The notes: generated by a model not told the origin, from the letters alone. A DNA stretch of 64,000 nucleotides from the human T2T-CHM13v2.0 reference genome, Homo sapiens (GCF_009914755.1 NC_060935.1), one strand, 5' to 3'. Counted from the stretch's first letter, positions 26,231-39,529 are shown. Numbers and translations are program-made.

Positions 26231-28569
26231 TTGTTTATGTTCAACTTGGTTAGTGATTATGGACTTCCACAATTGACCATCTATGACCAAATATTGAAAA
26301 ATATCTCTTTGAGCTATTAAGACTGCGTTATGATTCTGGTACTGCAAAGATATATTACTTCTGAGGTCCACATTTCACAGTTGGAGGAAAGATCCTCTAG
26401 GCATAAATACACATGCTCTTTATTGGCTGATCTGCTCAAGCTCTGGATCTTTCCTGTATGTTCTAAGCAAGTGTTGGGAACACATCAAGAGGGCATGTTG
26501 GATGCATCCAGGTGTCCAGCCGCCTTTCAGTAGCATCACTTTGTCTTCAAGGAATGTATGATAAGGGTTTTATGTACCTAATAGTACATTTGCATGGCGT
26601 TTGATGTTCACAGTCGAAGGTAAAATAGACTGGGAGGTAGGAGCATATCTCAGTGCTGAGTTCTTTGTGTCTCAAGAAAGCATAGAACACATAAGTAAGA
26701 ATGTTATTATTATAAGAATCCTTGGAGCCTTTCTCAATTCTATTTAAAAATTAAATTATTCATAAACACCTGTGCTGTAACTATTATTACACTAAGTTAC
26801 AGTCAACACACCTCATAAGGGATTGAGTCTTTCCAGTATATTCTGAGGCCCAGATGCCCACTGGGGTATGGGTCACTCCATAGTGACCATTGTGGGCAAG
26901 AAGATCTTTCTTTAAAAGTTGGAGGTACAGTTTCTGGTACATAATAAAGCTTGTCTATGTAAAGCGAATGTATGAAGTAATGTGACAGTTCATAATGGAA
27001 TAGATAAAAATGCAAGTCTTGTAAAATTTAAATCCCCCTCTCCTTTTTTTTTGTTCAATTACACTGCACTATATTCATTATTTGAGGGGCAGGCTGGTGA
27101 AATCAACACGTGAGCAGGTGCGTGTCTTGGGAATGTCCTACTACAAAAAATATTCAATGACTATTTCCTGAATGAATAGAAATTGGAAAAGGCTGTGTCT
27201 GTCTTTTAGACACTTTGTTATTCTGTGAGTTTAACAAACAAAATCTCATTAACACCAAATCCACAGGAGCATGAGAAATGTGTAATGCTCTTAATTTCTT
27301 ATTAAGTGATCTGTGTTTATTAAAAATTGGCTCGGAGGTACACTGCACATAATTCATAATATTGGAGTCTATATCCCTGAATCTTTCTTGTACTTAAAAT
27401 TTGCTCACAGTTCAGTGTTGGGATCTTGGGTAGGAAAAGGGATATCTTATTTCTGGCGAGATTTACTGAAATGGGAAGATGACGAGTTAGACTTTGGAGA
27501 TCCTTTTTTCATGCTCCCATGCCTTTTAGTTTTGTGTGATTGTTTTAGGCCTTTATTTCTCCAGGCATACTTTGTACATGTCTATAAGCAGATGAGAGGG
27601 AGCAAGGGCACATAGGGGCTGATAGAGGCAAATGTAAATCCCGTTTTTTCCCTATTAACTCATGAGGCCTGCTGGGTAGCAGCAGGCATTACCAGACATT
27701 TAATTGTGTGTAAGGTAAGGCTGGCACAATTCCAGCATCATGGTGGAGCAAGAATTATACTAATCAGCTGGGATATACTGCATATATTGATTAGAGTTGG
27801 ATTTTGTTATGCAAAAGAAAAAATCCTTATAAATAGTGGGAAAGTAATTGAGAGTAATTAAAAAGGCAGAGAGTTAATTCACAGTTCTTTAGATGAAAGG
27901 GTATTTTGATCCTTTGCTTCCATGCAGATTTCCGGGCAGGCTGGAGCAGTCTGTGAGTGCTGAGTGTAAATGGTATGATCGATGTTACCATTCAACTGGA
28001 TAGTAAACAGGCAAGCTGTGTAGATGATACACTGGTGACCAATTTCGAACAGTTTCTACTTGGTGACTCTCCTTTGTTTGGGACTAGGGACTTTTCCCTT
28101 ATTTTTCTTGGACTTTTATATAACTTTTAATCATTATTAATATCCCTGATGAGAACTAAATGTGGACCCCAGTATCCTAGTGAACACTGGTGAGAATATT
28201 ATACCACTCTGGAGTTACCTGGAATTCCAGCATGTTTTAATGTTGCTGCCCTCCTTCTTCCAAACGAGAAGGCTTTATAGCCTTTGGTGTCACAGAAGAC
28301 CTGTCATCTGTGAATGGTGACCTGAAATAGTGTATTCACACACACTTTCTTGCCTCTTGAGCCCTTTCACTCATAGACAGTCCTTCCAAAAAATACTCAG
28401 TGAATACTGGTCCAATGAATGAATGAGATATTGTAGATTTTGGATGGTAGAATAATTTAGCATCTTGAAGAGAAATTATAGGTGGTATTTGGTGGAGTTC
28501 TGAGTATTACTATCTGAGATCCTGAATAAGATGTAGGAAATGGGAATGTGGTGTGGGGAAAGAAGAAAA

Positions 28570-28760
28570 TAGCTATGATTTATTGAGTATCTACTTTATC
28601 ATACTCTTTGCATACGCACTTTTGTTCTGGCATCACCCATGTCCTATGAAGTAGATATTAATATCATCATTTCACAGGTGACAAAGATAGGGTTAGGAGC
28701 AGAAACAAGGTCATAGGCCTTAATTGGCAGGGTTGGGATTTGAATCTAAAGCTCTTGTTG
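28570..28760 (-). mobile_element. MIR SINE
   Basis: 'atttattgagtatctact..cctatgaagtagatatta..atttcacaggtga..ttgggatttgaatcta'. Confidence 0.8.
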
Positions 28761-29639
28761 ATAATAACATCAAGAGTAGCAGCCCCCATACTGGGAAAGG
28801 AGGAGGGTTTCATATTCTCAGAATCTGGGTGTGGGCCCAAAGATAGAACATGAGTATCAGGTGGATTTCTTTGAGGGCTGAGTATTTTTCTTCAAAAATT
28901 ATGCTAATTTTACAGTCTGTTCCATAATGTGCTTGTTTAAATGTGAAACATATTAACTTACTTAGTCATCAAAGCACTTAAATTTTCTCCCCTAAATCTT
29001 TAAGTAAAATTGACCACCCAAAAGTTGCTCCCAGTATATACTCAGAGACACCTCTGGAATGTCCACATAGGGAATCGGAGGGGGCAATCTGGTTGGAAGA
29101 GGAACTGAGGGTATCTTGAAATTTCGTTTGTATAGCAAGCAGGTTTTGTTTGTTTGTTTTGTTTTTTGTTTTTGCTTAGATTGCATGCTTACTTAGGGTG
29201 GCCTGGGGCTGTTACAGATGGGGAAAGGGCTCATGCTCCAGATTTCATCTTTGTTTACCTAGGAACTTTAGGAATCATTATTGTAACTGCTGTCAATCCA
29301 AGTTTGAGAAGCCTGCACAGAACTATACTGCCCTAAATTATTTAAATAATAATAGTAATGAGAACAAATACTATGCATGTGTTTAATTATGAAGGGCTGT
29401 TTCTGTTATCTTATTTTTACCATAGAGATGATAAAGTTTATGTGGGAAACTTGAGAAAAAAAGAATGTGGATAAAGAATCCTGAAAAAAACAGAGTACTT
29501 CTAAACTTCCTGCTGGTCAGTTGGTATTGAATTGATAGTAGACTATCAAAAAAGAGTTCTTGACAATATTAATAACAGTAACGTGCATTCGTTTGTAACT
29601 TTGCCATTTGCAACTTTTCATTCATTTTTGCGTTTGTTA

Positions 29640-29860
29640 ATAACAACTAACATTGCTGAGAGCTTTACATGTATTATCTCATTTATCCCCCAACAACTCT
29701 ATGAGGCAAATACTATTATTATCTCTACCAAAAGAAATTGGTATTTCTCTACTAAAGAAATTGAGGCATAGAGCTTCTAAGTGACTTGCCCAAGGTAACA
29801 TTGTTCAGGAGGTGTCAGAATAGGATCCTAACTCTACAACCTGTGCTCTTTACCCCTCTG
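29640..29860 (-). mobile_element. MIR SINE
   Basis: 'attatctcatttatcccccaacaactctatgagg..gaaattgaggcatagag..aagtgacttgcccaaggt'. Confidence 0.85.
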
Positions 29861-32800
29861 CCTAAAAGAGCCCCCTGGGCCAACTGCTATTTATTTTCTT
29901 ACTGGATTCTGGGTTTCTGGCCTGTCTTCAGCCTTACTCATAGTGATCCTATAGTGATCCTGGAGAATCATCCAGCTTCTCCAGGTTGTAGTACCCCTTC
30001 AAACATCTGCACGTGCATGGCAAATATGGTTTGAGTTTCTAAAACTTGAGTGTGCACCTAGGAAGCAGAAAGCAAATGGAGCATCTCCTGAGTCAACAGT
30101 GCAGATGCTCCCTCTTGAAAATGACTTTTCCTTTCCAGGCTCTCTGACTCCACAAAAGGAAGTGGAAAAGTTAACCAGTGCCCAATAAATGTGGGTTATT
30201 GCCCCCTGCCTGAGTAATTTATCACTTGCTGGAACTAACTTCAGAATTGCTTTGAGTCCATGTCATGTTACTCCTGGGAATGGGCTATTATAAGATTCTG
30301 AATGACTGTTATGCAGTTCCCTATGGCTGTGCTTGCACAGGAGAGGTTGAATTAGGAAGTTGGAAATCTACTGTTTTCTGATTTTGGCTTCTCAGCTGAA
30401 TGTAAATAAAAAGATGGAAGATAAAATGTAGAAAACGGCATTAACTTGATTAGGGGTCTCATTTGCATAAAAGAGTCTTTGAATCACAATTACCCTCTGG
30501 CTTTGGACCCAGCTTTTCTTGCCTTTCCTATTATCTGGTCCAAGGTCATTACTAAAAGGCTTCCTGTTTCATGGAAGAGGACTTACTGAAATATTAATTT
30601 CATTGCCTGAAGTAGATTCATAATGTCTGGTGAATAACCTGAGGTTCTATCAGAATCACTAAGGTAAGAGTTATTTTTTATGCCTTTCGAAAGATGGTTC
30701 AGGAATTTGAGTAATAGGCAGCTAAAAGTTCACTTTCATTTTGCCTGTCTTTATGACAGAAATGAGCAGATATCTTTATGTCCTTTGGCAATTACTGCAG
30801 TGAAACAACTAACTGGATAAGGTGCATGTTCAAGGAGGTTTTTTAGTTTTACATTTTTTTCATTTAATTGTACTGTGACTGAGTTTGAATTTGATGTATA
30901 AGACTCTAGGAAAGAAGTGAACTTGTGACATTTAAAGCTTGGAAACATTTTCCTTTTCTTCTCCTTTTTTAAAAATACAGATAGAACTTGAATATTCAAG
31001 ATTTTCTTGAATGTCTTTTCAGTTTGTAACTGCTTGTAACACAAAAGCTTGACTTACAATGCTGTTTTTTCTTGTTCTTTTGCAGCCATGGCTGTATGTG
31101 TAATTTAATCCAGTGTATTTAAAAGAAGTTGCATTCTTCCATGGTAGAGGTAAAAGCCCCCACTCTCCCTTAGTAGTAACTAATAGTAATACTTGCAAGC
31201 ACAATTACTTGAAACAAAATGAAACCCCCCAAAAAAAAAAAAACCCAAAAAACCAAATCCCAAACTGTAATTGAAGGTTTTTGCATCAATGTAGACAACA
31301 GCCTATACAGCCTAAGGTTGTAACAGATACATTTTGAGTGAGTTTGGCTCATTTTATTGACATATTGTTTTGTCTGTTGTGAGTAGACATGCATTATTCT
31401 TGGCTCAAATAATACATATCCATTGACAAAAGCCAGCAACTTACTTACCTGGTCTCATTTTTGGAAATGTCCTGGGAAGTTATTATTTTATTGTTCTTTT
31501 CAGCTGGTTTTGCTCAGTTACTCAGTAGCTTTTTGCAGAACTGTTTTCCAGTCTATTTTATAATCCACATCCTTGTAGAATCCCCCCCATGCCCCCCTTC
31601 CTGCCACATTGCTGGAATCATTTCTGTTTTTACTTTGTAAAGCAGTTTGCTTAATGTCACAACAAAATAAAGCATGGATTAGAAACAGCATTGCAGTTTC
31701 AGACTTAATGCCTTTGTGACATCTCATTGCTATGCAAATGAGATTCAAGGAGGTCATCCCTTTAGCAGTTGCTCTAGCCCTGGTATCTACTTGATATTCG
31801 TTGGCCAAACTTACTAAGCATTCATTACTGAGCTATCCTGGGTGTTTAACTCTTTGTTAGCTTTGGACTTTCTATCTGAGGCTCCTGAGCTTAACAGCTC
31901 CTTCTTGGGAGCTCCTCCTTGTGAGTAAGGCTTTTCATTTCAGGATCTCCTTGCAACTCTCTTTTGCTTCTTAGCATTGCAGGCACCTCAGCAAATGGAG
32001 TACTCATATTTAAAAGATACACTTAATTATATGCCAAGACGGTATTGCAAAAGCTCATTTGTGATGTGTTTCTTTGCTGTTTCAAGTATTTTTATGATTG
32101 CAAAATACTCTGTTTTTAGATAGATATTTTATTTACCTGCATCTGTGATGAGTTCTTAAAGATATTTCACAGAAAATGGGTCTGTGCTGGTAAATGTTCA
32201 TGTAATACTTATTTTAAAATTAAATTTTCTGTAATTCAAATTTGATTTCATCTGATTGAGCAGATGTATTAATAGTTACTGAAGGTGGAGGGGTCCAATT
32301 TTAATTCAGTAAGAATCAACTACCTTTAACGAATACAGAATGTTGCTGGTGTTTCATTTGCTTAGTTAAAGGGTATTATTTATTTATCAGTCATTAGTCT
32401 GATAGATGTTTTTATTTTAAAATATGCTTGTAAAAGTAAAATTAAAAAAAATCCCATTTGAATGAGCCTTTTGAAGTTTGAGAAACTTGCCATGTTTTAA
32501 ATGGTTAACTAATTGAGTAATTATTCTCTTTATATTATTTTGGCACAGTGGAGTTATTTTTACACACCTGTAGATACAAAGCTGTCAAGACACTGAGTCT
32601 GCACTAAGAGTTTGGCTAAAATCACTGCTAACTCAAGGAAAGCACACTTTACACTCTTACACTTGATATAAGAAAGCTTAGGAACCAGAAAGAAGGACAT
32701 TCATCTTACACCGTGATCTCCTACACATTAAGAAATAGAATGATGACATTGATGGCAAAGGTGATTTGAGCAACTATTGTGTTTAACATTGAGAACTCTA

Positions 32801-34948
32801 GGATGAGGATTTGACTCTTTTCAAGGATTAAGAACACAATCCTGGATTAAGGTATCGAATCAAACACAAAATTCTTTAAAGATGCTGCTTTAGACTTTTA
32901 TAAAACAGACCTTTCCAAAGTGTCTTACCTGTCTACTGATGGTAAGGGACTCAGACATCTGATAAAGACAGGTTTTCTTGAATTCTGCTGAGAGGCATTA
33001 ATCCTTCACAATCTTAATAAAGGACAACAGAAAACTACTAGTGGTTAAAATAGGGGAAAAATATTTGTATGGCAACTTAAGTGCAATTTTTAAAGTAAAA
33101 GCTTAGAACCACCTTTTTTTTGGTAGGATCTTTCATCTCCTATGCTGTTCTTCACTGACTCATAAATGTTCTCAGGAGCCTATTATACTGAGGCAGCTTG
33201 CTGGGTGCTAGGAGGTCAAGGAGATAAATAAATCACTGTTCTTGACCTCAAGGAGTTTAAGATCTGTGGATGAAATGAGACCTATAGGCAATTATCAAGA
33301 AAGAAAAATTGATATTGCTGTAGTTCATGTGTTCTGCTTGTTCATACATGAAAGTGTGTTTCTGAACTACCAGGGAATTGGTTTCGTATCTGAATCTTAT
33401 GGTCACCCCTGGAAATAGGACTTATATTCAGTGCTGGCACATCCTGATATAGGAGCTGGGCATGGATTATTATTCAGTAACTACTACTTAAGGAGTCAGA
33501 GTTCTGAGCTTGATGCTCTTGATCTATCCTGGCAATTCGTATTTATCCAAGGAACAATTAGAAGGAAATGTTATTTTATTTAGTGGATGTGTTCCAGGGA
33601 AAAAAATGTGTACTTTTCGGAGGACTGTTTTTTTTTTAATTGTGGTAAAATCTTTCACTTAAACTTTGCAAGTTATTTTTTGTAAAGAAACAAGTATAAT
33701 TTATGAGTTGTACATTTGGGATTATGAAACAATGCTAGAAATGTAAAATTGGGTAATAGTTGTATTGAATTTGTAGATTATCCTAGTGCCTGGCAGCTGC
33801 CTGTTTCCTATTGTCTTCTTTTTTCCACCTAAACAAGTGTTGAGTACAAGAGCTGTTGAATTGAAATCAACCAATATTGAATAAAATGAAAAGGGGAGAC
33901 AAAGTTAAAGAGTATGTATTAGCTAAATTGAGATAAAGTCTGAATTTCATTTGTCTCTGCTGTCATTGTTTCCATTACCACAGATGATTCAATTGAATGT
34001 GTGCAGGCGTCGGTGAATTATAATAGCAGTTAAGTTTTCTTTTGGGGCTTTTGGGAAAAGTTTTAAAAATGAATTTCCTCAGAGTTAGATGGAAATGTTT
34101 TTTGTTGAAAGCCTTGATTTAAAAAAAAAAGACTTGCTTTATGTTTTAGAAACTTGTCTTTTTCCTAAATAGAAAACTTTCAGAAAACTTTAAAAAAATT
34201 AATAGGTTAAATATTTTGCATCCTGCCAAATTTATTGTTTTAGCAATCTGCTTTCTTGTTACAAAGCATACTGGTTAATAGAATGCTTCACACTGACTCT
34301 TGTCATCAGTGTTTGCAAATGTAATGTTAGAGTTCTCCCTGGATCCTTGTCCTGATAATAGGATAAAATGCTACCAGATGAGCCACAGTACTTTGGTTTG
34401 TGGTCTGGAGTTTGAACCATAAGCCAAGGACTTTAGTTTTAGATCCAGATTCCAAACCATGAAATTTTGATTTGGGTATCATTTTTAAACAATGGAACCA
34501 ATCTTTATTAAAATATTTTAAAATAGAAAGCTTCAACTATGTTATTACTCTTTGCATATAACAATTGATAAAGATCAAAATTTAAGGAAAAGAACATCCA
34601 AATAAATTTAATGTCTTTCTTATTATTCATTATGATTCATATTCTAGTCCATTTCTTATATGCACGCCTGATTAGAATGTTACTCTCTGCCTTACCACTC
34701 TTTCCTCAACTCCAGAGTCAGAATCTCTTTTTTGTGTGGGTATTTAGAAGAGAACTTTGAAGTAGCTTAACTCACAAAGACCGTGCAGCTGTTAAATAAC
34801 ATCAGAACAGGGAGGTAAATTTTTGAAAGGTGAGATTTTGAGATTATCATATTTTCTTTTACTGTGTTTATGTCATTGGTTCCCTGGCTGAACTTTGTGC
34901 TTCTTTTGGGCAGAAACCCTTTCAGTCCTCCTTTTATAACCCTTTTAT

Positions 34949-35069
34949 GGGATTGCTAGATTGAGTACATAAAAATCCGGACTCCCAGTTAAATTTGAAA
35001 AACAACAACTAATTCTTTAGCACAAGTATGTCCCAAATGTTGCACGAGACATATTTTATCTGGCAACTT
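34949..35069. mobile_element. MER53 palindromic DNA transposon, internally deleted
   Basis: Ends gggattgctagatt / tattttatctggcaac; internal 'cccagttaaatttgaa' and 'aagtatgtcccaaat.ttgcac.agacata'. Confidence 0.85.
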
Positions 35070-35273
35070 GGCTCTTGCACAGATCACAGCTTACCCTATA
35101 AAAGGTATTGAGAAAGGTTTTGCTGAATGACTAAAAGAGCTTGCAGGTAGAAATATCTGGTAGTTGGAAATACTAATTTACAGCAAGCACAGTAGAGCTT
35201 TAATCAGGAGTCACCAGTGCATGCATCGGTGGTACCTAAAGTCCTGGGGATTGTCCAGGGTGATTGTATAGAC

Positions 35274-36221
35274 CAGTAATTCTCAAACTTTAATGAGCAT
35301 CAGAATCACTTGAAGCATTTGTTAAAACATAGATTCCTATACCTAGTCTCATAATTTCTGATTTAGTAGGCTTACGGTGGGGCTTAAAAATTGTATATCA
35401 CATTGTGGTTTTGATTTGCATTTCTCTAATGACCAGTGATGATGAGCATCATCTCACACCAGTTAGAATAGCGATCATTAAAAAGTCAGGAAACAACAGA
35501 TGTTGGAGAGGATGTGGAGAAATAGGAACGCTTTTACACTCTTGGTAGGAGTGTAAATTAGTTCAACCATTGTGGAAGACAGTGTGGTGATTCCTCAAGG
35601 ATCTAGAACTAGAAATACCATCTGACCCAGTAATCCCATTACTGGGTATATACCCAAAGGATTATAAATCATTCTACTATAAAGATACATGCACACATGT
35701 GTTATTGCAGCACTGTTCACAATAGCAAAGACCTGGAACCAACCCAAATGCCCATCAATGATAGACTGTATAAAGAAAATGTGGCACATATACACCATGG
35801 AATACTATGCAGCCATAAAAAAAGGATGAGTTCATGTCCTTTTCAGGGAAATGGATGATGCTGGAAACCAGCATTCTCAGCAAACTAACACAAGAATAGA
35901 AAACCAAACATCGCATGTTCTCACTCATAAGTGGGAGTTGAATAATGAGAACACATGGACACAGGGAGGGGAATATCACATACCGGGGCCTGTCGGGGGG
36001 TGGCGGGCTAGGGGAGGAACAGCATTAGGAGAAATACCTAATGTAGATGGCAGGTTGATGGGTGCAGCAAACCACCATGGCACATGTATACCTATGTAAC
36101 AAACCTGCACATTCTGCATATGTACCCCAGAACTTAAAGTATAATAAAAAAGAATGTATATCACACAAATTCCTAGATAATGTCAATGCTGCTGCTCTGG
36201 AACCACCCTTTGGGAGCCATT
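35274..36221. mobile_element. MER5A split by an L1 insertion (parts 35274-35400 and ~36151-36221)
   Basis: 'cagtaattctcaaactt..catcagaatcac' on the left; 'atgctgctgctctggaaccaccctttgggagccat' on the right. Confidence 0.85.
35401..36150 (+). mobile_element. 5'-truncated L1PA (L1PA7/8-like) with a 5' inversion at 35401-35449
   Basis: ORF2 end plus 3' UTR ending 'aacttaaagtataataaaaaa'; first 49 nt are the reverse complement of the adjacent L1 sequence; TSD aaaaattgtatatcaca / aagaatgtatatcaca. Confidence 0.95.
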
Positions 36222-36238
36222 ATGCAAGCTCTCTGGAG

Positions 36239-36460
36239 AGGGATTGTCCAACATTTTCTATAAAGGATCAGACAGTAAATATTTTAGCCTTTGTGGGCCA
36301 CACTGTGTCTATTACAACTATTCAACTCTGCCTTTGTAGCTTGAAAGCAGCCATAAACAATATATGAATGAAGGGGCATGGTTATGTTTGAATAAAACTT
36401 TATTTGCAAAAACTGGCTACTGGCTGGATTTGGCCAGTGAGCTGTAGTTTGCAACCCCTG
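36239..36460. mobile_element. MER58A (hAT-Charlie MITE)
   Basis: 'ttttctataaaggatcagacagtaaatattttag..aataaaactttatt..tagtttgcaacccctg'; TSD-like ctctggag/ctttagag. Confidence 0.9.
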
Positions 36461-36489
36461 CTTTAGAGTAAGAAAAGATGATAGTTGAG

Positions 36490-37850
36490 GATAGAACTTG
36501 AACATTCAGGTTTAAGAAATGGGCAGAGGAAAAGGAATCAGAGAAAGAACCATCTGCGCAATGGGGGAAGACCCAGGGGAGGGGAGTGTCATGGAAGCCA
36601 AAGAATCAGATTTTCAAGAATGAAAGCATGCGTCACTCTCATCTCCTGTCAGCAGGGTGATTAAGGATGAGGAAGTGGATGAACGCTGAAAGAGGCCATT
36701 GGACTTGGCAGTTAGGATGCCATGACTGACTGTCGACTGAGCAATTTCAATGGATGTGGGGAGGGACCTCTGCCAGATGGCAGTGGATGGAGTGAAGAGG
36801 GAGGTGGAGGCAGCAAGTACTGAATACTCTTTTAAGAAGTTTGGCAGTAAAGGAAAGGGGAGGTGGTTGAAGTTGAAGCTTAAGGAGAAAGTTGGGCCCA
36901 GGAAGGTTTTTAAGAGGCTACGAGGAAAACAAATATGCATGTAGGCAGAGAGGAGAGGGCTGGTAGAAACAGGAGCCTGAGCTTCAGATGCATTGTCTCC
37001 TGAGTGGTGCCCCATGAGTTGTGCACCATGCACTGAAAAGGGAGCAGATGAAAATGTAGGAGAGGAGGGATAATTAAATGAGAAAAATTCTTCAAAGAAA
37101 CAGGACAGGAAAAGGATTAAGACAGTGTGCAGCTGGTATACCTTGGACTGGAAAAGGGGAACTATTTGCTCTAAGACAAAGAGGGGATATGGATCATTTC
37201 AGCAGGGGGAGGAGGAGAAGAAGGAAGAAGGTGAGAGACTTTCCAACTGATTAAGTAGGCAGCTAGGCTAGACTGACATGATTGTGGAAAAGGTAGAGAT
37301 TCTAAGGAAATTGATGAAGGTTTGGAGTAGACAATGTGGCAGCAAGTATGCCAAATGTAAGTACAAGGCTTACCAGGCAGCACCAGGGGCTGTGTTGGGG
37401 TTAGAGCTCATATATTAGAACACATACATCACACTGTTATATGGAACTTCCTGTAGTCCACAGCAACCTGGGTACTACAGAAAACAAAACATAGAGGTTA
37501 CTGAGAGTTGCAGGTTGTCAAGAGATGTGAGTCAGAAGAACATGAAATGATGTAATTTAAGATGCTCATGAATAGGAATATTAAGGAAAACTAGGTGGAG
37601 AAAGAAATGAAACTAAGACTGATACATTTGTCACAGGTCAAAGGACTAGAACTCTTGGTGAAAGTGAACCAGTTTAGAGGGAGCTCTAAGGGAATTGGAG
37701 AGACAGAAGGATTGGAAATTACTAGAGAGGTTGGGATGTCTCAGTGATTCCAGCGACGTGGCAGTTCCAAGGAATGACAAGGGTCTGGGGTGTGGCTGTG
37801 GAATTAGGCTCCTAATGTGGAGCTGAATGAGTGTAGTCCGGAATATAGGT
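36490..37850 (-). mobile_element. Long degenerate L2 (antisense)
   Basis: Purine-rich with L2 hallmarks 'gtgtcatggaagccaa', 'ccattggacttggcagttagga' and 'tactcttttaagaagtttggcagtaaagga'. Confidence 0.7.
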
Positions 37851-38130
37851 GAGTGTGTTGGGTAGGTTAGCAGGGTGGACCTTGAGCTCACACACAGTGG
37901 CAAAATATAGAAGGCTCTTGCCTTACCTGAACCTGTATCTGCCTTAACTTTGGGTACATGGCTGAGCCTTGAAACCATGTCTTTTTTTTTTTTTTACTTT
38001 TGTAGGGCTCCCGAATCCCTGCTCCTTTTTGTCCTCTTTTGCTCTTGCTTGGTGTGACATGCCTCTTCTGCAACTGCTGAAGTAATTCACCGCACGTTTT
38101 CACTCTTTCCTCATTTTTTCCACCTGGCAG

Positions 38131-38174
38131 AAGCGTGAAGAAAGATTACAGACACATGGGATACCTCTGTGTTG
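38131..38174 (+). other. Candidate 44-nt internal exon
   Basis: Acceptor ctctttcctcattttttccacctggcag|; purine-rich ESE-like GAAGAAAG; donor TTG|GTAACT. Confidence 0.4.
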
Positions 38175-38476
38175 GTAACTTAAACTTCTGTGACTATCCC
38201 TTCCAAATCAGAAGGGAGTCATTTTTCAATTTCCTCTATAAAAGAGAGAGCAAGTCTGTCTTCCTACCAAGCATTACCAGTTGTTAGGCATTGACGAACA
38301 TTTGCTGGCAAACTCAACTCTGTATTATGGCTGACTTCTTTGCGGAAGTCTGCCTATTGTAAGATGTTTAGGTTCACCTGTTTTTTTTTTTTTTTTATAT
38401 TCAAGCTTCTGATTTCAAGTTTCAGATTACCTCCTAAAAATGAACTAGATCCCTTTCCATTAAAAAATGCAAGTTC

Positions 38477-38640
38477 TTAGGGCATTGTGGCATGAGCCTG
38501 TTGTTGCAGCTACTCAGTAGGCTGACGCTAGAGAATCCCTTGAGTCCAGGAGTTTGAGGCTGTAGTGTGCTGTGCTCCTACCTGTGAATGGCTACTGTAC
38601 TCTAGTCTGGGTAACACAGCAAGACCCTGTCTCAAAAAAA
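38477..38640 (+). mobile_element. FAM (fossil Alu monomer)
   Basis: Single monomer with FAM-type 'cctgtgaatggctactgtactctagtctggg'; TSD aaaaaatgcaagttc / aaaaaaagcaagttc. Confidence 0.85.
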
Positions 38641-39529
38641 GCAAGTTCATGTAGATAATAACTTTAAAATTAAATAAGAATAACATTTAAATGAACATTT
38701 AAGAAGTATTTAAAAGAAATGATTAAAATGGTTTCCCCATAGAGGATTCATCTTTCAAAAGGAGTTATCTTCCTATTGCCCTCATCTTTCCTTTTTCCCT
38801 CAGTCTTACTATGCAAACATTTTCTTTCACCCACAGAAAAGAGAGCTATGTTTTAAATTCATCTTTGAAGACTATTTTTTGCAGGAATGGCTGCATTTAT
38901 ATCTCATACTCTCATGTATCAGTTGCAAAAATCAGATAAAATGAATTGGAAGAGTATATCATTTTTAGTATTTGAATCAACACATCTCACACTAGATTTC
39001 ATGTCTCATACAGATGGCATTACCCTCTGCATACTTTTCCTCCAGTTTGGAATTGCCAAAAGAAAGATGTAAATACGAAAGGTAATGGATGTTGGAGAAA
39101 GATTACTAGAATAGCTGTCAGGTGTTATAAATACCATATCTGTATTGCTAGAATGCATGAAAGTTTACGCTTTGACTAAATCTGTGCAGAAAAATTTACC
39201 CTGTACTTGCCACCCATCAGCACTTTGAGAATGCAAACATTAAGAAAACAATTTTAAATTTATTTTAAAGTTACCCCCAATTTTCTTTGTTTATATTGTC
39301 ATTGTAGAAAATAGTAGATATTGGAAAAAGAGAAAGAAGCAATTGATGGGAACAGTACTTGGAATTCAAACATAAGATTTCAAAACTTAATATATCAAAA
39401 TGACACACTCACATGTATTTTAGTAAGGCATATAGTTTCTGTTAAAACTACCTGGCCCATACAGACAATTCCCAAGGGGCAGAATAAATTCCAAACACAT
39501 AGCTACATTAATGATCCAAAAAAGATATA

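Noticed and set aside
31438-31453. Perfect minus-strand donor (CAG|GTAAGTAAGT)
   Set aside because: No convincing paired minus-strand acceptor or promoter nearby.
34949-35069. Possible miR-1302 gene
   Set aside because: Most of the second MER53 arm is deleted, so no pre-miRNA-length stem can form.
35595-36164. ORFs within the L1 fragment
   Set aside because: Degenerate L1 ORF2 end, 3' UTR and antisense frames.
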